DNA from: Oscillospiraceae bacterium
GTDB lineage: Bacteria > Bacillota > Clostridia > Oscillospirales > Oscillospiraceae
Direction: 5' to 3'
Length of the DNA stretch: 64,000 nt
NCBI GenBank assembly: GCA_017542425.1
Contig: JAFXXH010000017.1
Location: 2,129 to 66,128, forward strand
The position numbers and the translations under genes are program-made. This document shows positions 62,435-64,000 of this stretch, piece by piece. How positions within the stretch are numbered: position 1 is the stretch's first letter; each line of letters starts with the position of its first letter. The notes beneath the pieces are model-generated. The model worked only from the letters and a program-made list of their open reading frames with translations, was not told the origin of the DNA and searched no databases.

Positions 62435-62456
62435 CTTGAAAAAAGGAGGGGATGGA

Positions 62457-63491
62457 ATGCGACGGGCCGCCTGCCTTCTCTGTCTCAGCTTTCTGCTGCT
62501 GAGCGGCTGCGGCGGGAACTCCGCTTCCACCGCGCCCACGGAGCGGGAGCGCAGTTTCTTCGCCATGGATACCTATATGAGCATTCGCGCCTTTGGGGCG
62601 GAGGAAGCGCTGCTGGAGCGTGCGGAGGCCGCAGTCACGGATCTGGAGCGGCGCATCTCCGTCACGGACCCGGACAGCCAGATCGCCGCGCTGAACCGCA
62701 ACGGGACGGGCACGCTGGACGCGGAGACGGCGGAGCTGCTGCGCCGGGGTCTCGCGCTCTGCGCGGAGACGGGCGGGGCGCTTGATCTCAGCGTCTATCC
62801 GGTGCTGCGGGCCTGGGGCTTCACCACAGGCGACTACCGCGTCCCCGCCCCGTCGGAGCTGGAAGCGCTGCTGACGCTGGTGGACCATCGCCGGGTGAAG
62901 CTGAACGAGGCCGGAACCGTGTCGCTTGACCCGGGGATGCAGCTCGACCTGGGCAGCGTGGCCAAGGGGTATGTGGGAGACAAGCTCTGCGCCCTGCTGC
63001 GCACCGGCGGCGTGAATAGCGCCCTGTTGGATCTGGGCGGGAACGTACAGGCGCTGGGCGGCAAGCCGGACGGAAGCGCCTGGCGCGTGGGCATCCGGGA
63101 CCCCCAGGGCGCGGGGCTGCTGGGCGTGGTCTCCGTCCGGGACTGTGCGGTGGTCACATCCGGCGGCTATGAGCGCTATTTCCTGGACGCGGACGGGACG
63201 GTCTATTGGCACATTCTGGACCCCGCCGACGGGATGCCCGCGAAAAACGGCCTGATCTCCGTCACCGTCGTGGGGACGGAGGGCCTTCTCTGCGACGCGC
63301 TCTCCACCGCGCTGTTCGTCATGGGCACGGAGCGGGCGGCGGACTACTGGCGCGCCCACGGGGACTTTGAACTGGCGCTGGTCACGGAGGACGGCAGACT
63401 GCTGCTGACGCCTGGCTTGGCGGAGGGTTTCACCCCGGCGGAGGGCCTGAACTATCGGATCGAGACGCTGGAGCGGGAGGGCGCGGCATGA
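62457..63491 (+). CDS. apbE: FAD:protein FMN transferase (ApbE family) lipoprotein
   Basis: Lipobox LLLSGCGG. ApbE motifs FAMDTY, DLGSVAKGY, TSGGYERYF, HILDP and [21 protein letters not shown] lies before the ATG at 62457; the track starts at an upstream TTG. Confidence 0.93.
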   Translation: MRRAACLLCLSFLLLSGCGGNSASTAPTERERSFFAMDTYMSIRAFGAEEALLERAEAAVTDLERRISVTDPDSQIAALNRNGTGTLDAETAELLRRGLALCAETGGALDLSVYPVLRAWGFTTGDYRVPAPSELEALLTLVDHRRVKLNEAGTVSLDPGMQLDLGSVAKGYVGDKLCALLRTGGVNSALLDLGGNVQALGGKPDGSAWRVGIRDPQGAGLLGVVSVRDCAVVTSGGYERYFLDADGTVYWHILDPADGMPAKNGLISVTVVGTEGLLCDALSTALFVMGTERAADYWRAHGDFELALVTEDGRLLLTPGLAEGFTPAEGLNYRIETLEREGAA

Positions 63492-64000
63492 CGAAGCGCA
63501 TCACCCACGCGGCGCTGCTCACGGCCCTGGCGCTGATCATCTTCGTGCTGGAGGCGCAGATCCCGCCGCCCGTCCCGATCCCCGGCCTCAAGCTGGGTCT
63601 GGCCAACATCATCACCGTGTACGCCATGTTCCGGCTTGGGCCAAAGGACACGCTGGCGATCCTGCTCTCGCGCATCTTCCTGGGCAGCGTGTTCGCGGGC
63701 GCTGTCAGCGCCATGCTGTTCTCTCTGGCGGGCGGGCTGCTGTGCTATCTGCTGATGCTGCCGCTGCGGCGGCTTCTGAGCCTGCGTCAGATCTGGGTCT
63801 GCGGCGTGTTGGGCGCGGTGGCGCACAACCTGGGCCAGACCGCCGCCGCGATTTTGATCTACCGCACGTTTGCCGTCGCCTTTTATCTCCCGGTGCTGCT
63901 GCTGAGCGCCGTCGTCACCGGGACCCTCACGGGGCTGAGCGCACAGTACGTCGTGCGCCGCATGGAGCAAAGGGAGCAGAACAGGTCGGACATGGAAAAA
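63488..64000 (+). CDS. Gx transporter family membrane protein (formerly 'heptaprenyl diphosphate synthase component I'-like); the 3' end is beyond the window
   Basis: Own translation: MTKRITHAALLTALALIIFVLEAQIPPPVPIPGLKLGLANIITVYAMF...GAVAHNLGQTAAA. The ATG overlaps the apbE stop (ATGA). There is no in-frame stop before 64000. Confidence 0.8.
   Translation, partial: MTKRITHAALLTALALIIFVLEAQIPPPVPIPGLKLGLANIITVYAMFRLGPKDTLAILLSRIFLGSVFAGAVSAMLFSLAGGLLCYLLMLPLRRLLSLRQIWVCGVLGAVAHNLGQTAAAILIYRTFAVAFYLPVLLLSAVVTGTLTGLSAQYVVRRMEQREQNRSDMEK

Overview
This is a high-GC (about two-thirds G+C by eye, not computed) Clostridia-type chromosomal segment. It is almost fully coding and is dominated by minus-strand housekeeping operons. 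These include alaS behind an Ala-type T-box leader, mltG plus a U32 peptidase, and the conserved yicC-remA-gmk-rpoZ-priA-def-fmt-rsmB-rlmN-stp-prkC-rsgA supercluster. Also present are cdaA-cdaR, carD-ispD-ispF, an ispH::S1 fusion with cmk, rluB, a DD-carboxypeptidase, ytfJ/DUF2953 (sporulation), scpAB and ackA. Accessory content is smaller. There is a visibly lower-GC islet with a HepT/MntA toxin-antitoxin pair and an orphan DUF2442 gene. There are two tiny 'TM helix + Cys-rich tail' peptides, a four-domain CoADR-rhodanese-TusA-DsrE fusion, and a DUF3343/cysteine-desulfurase pair. The most interesting part is the right-hand ~10 kb (54.4-64.0 kb). It holds feoA-feoA-feoB plus a Cys-rich peptide, a DtxR-family repressor, an HMA-domain protein and a ferric-reductase-like membrane domain fused to a flavinylatable FMN_bind domain. 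It also holds an SLH-anchored protein built from two copies of an unassigned domain that each carry a flavinylation-like DAVSxxT site, a lipoprotein ApbE flavin transferase, and a Gx-family membrane protein. Four near-consensus sigma-A promoters in this block are each followed by a TTAG..CTAA palindrome resembling a DtxR iron box. I read this as one iron-repressed module that couples surface flavin-based reduction to Feo uptake. I saw no rRNA, tRNA, CRISPR array, transposase or integrase. Many long ORFs in the supplied track are antisense or alternative-frame shadows typical of high-GC DNA. All family calls come from motif recognition by eye; no homology search or numeric computation was possible.
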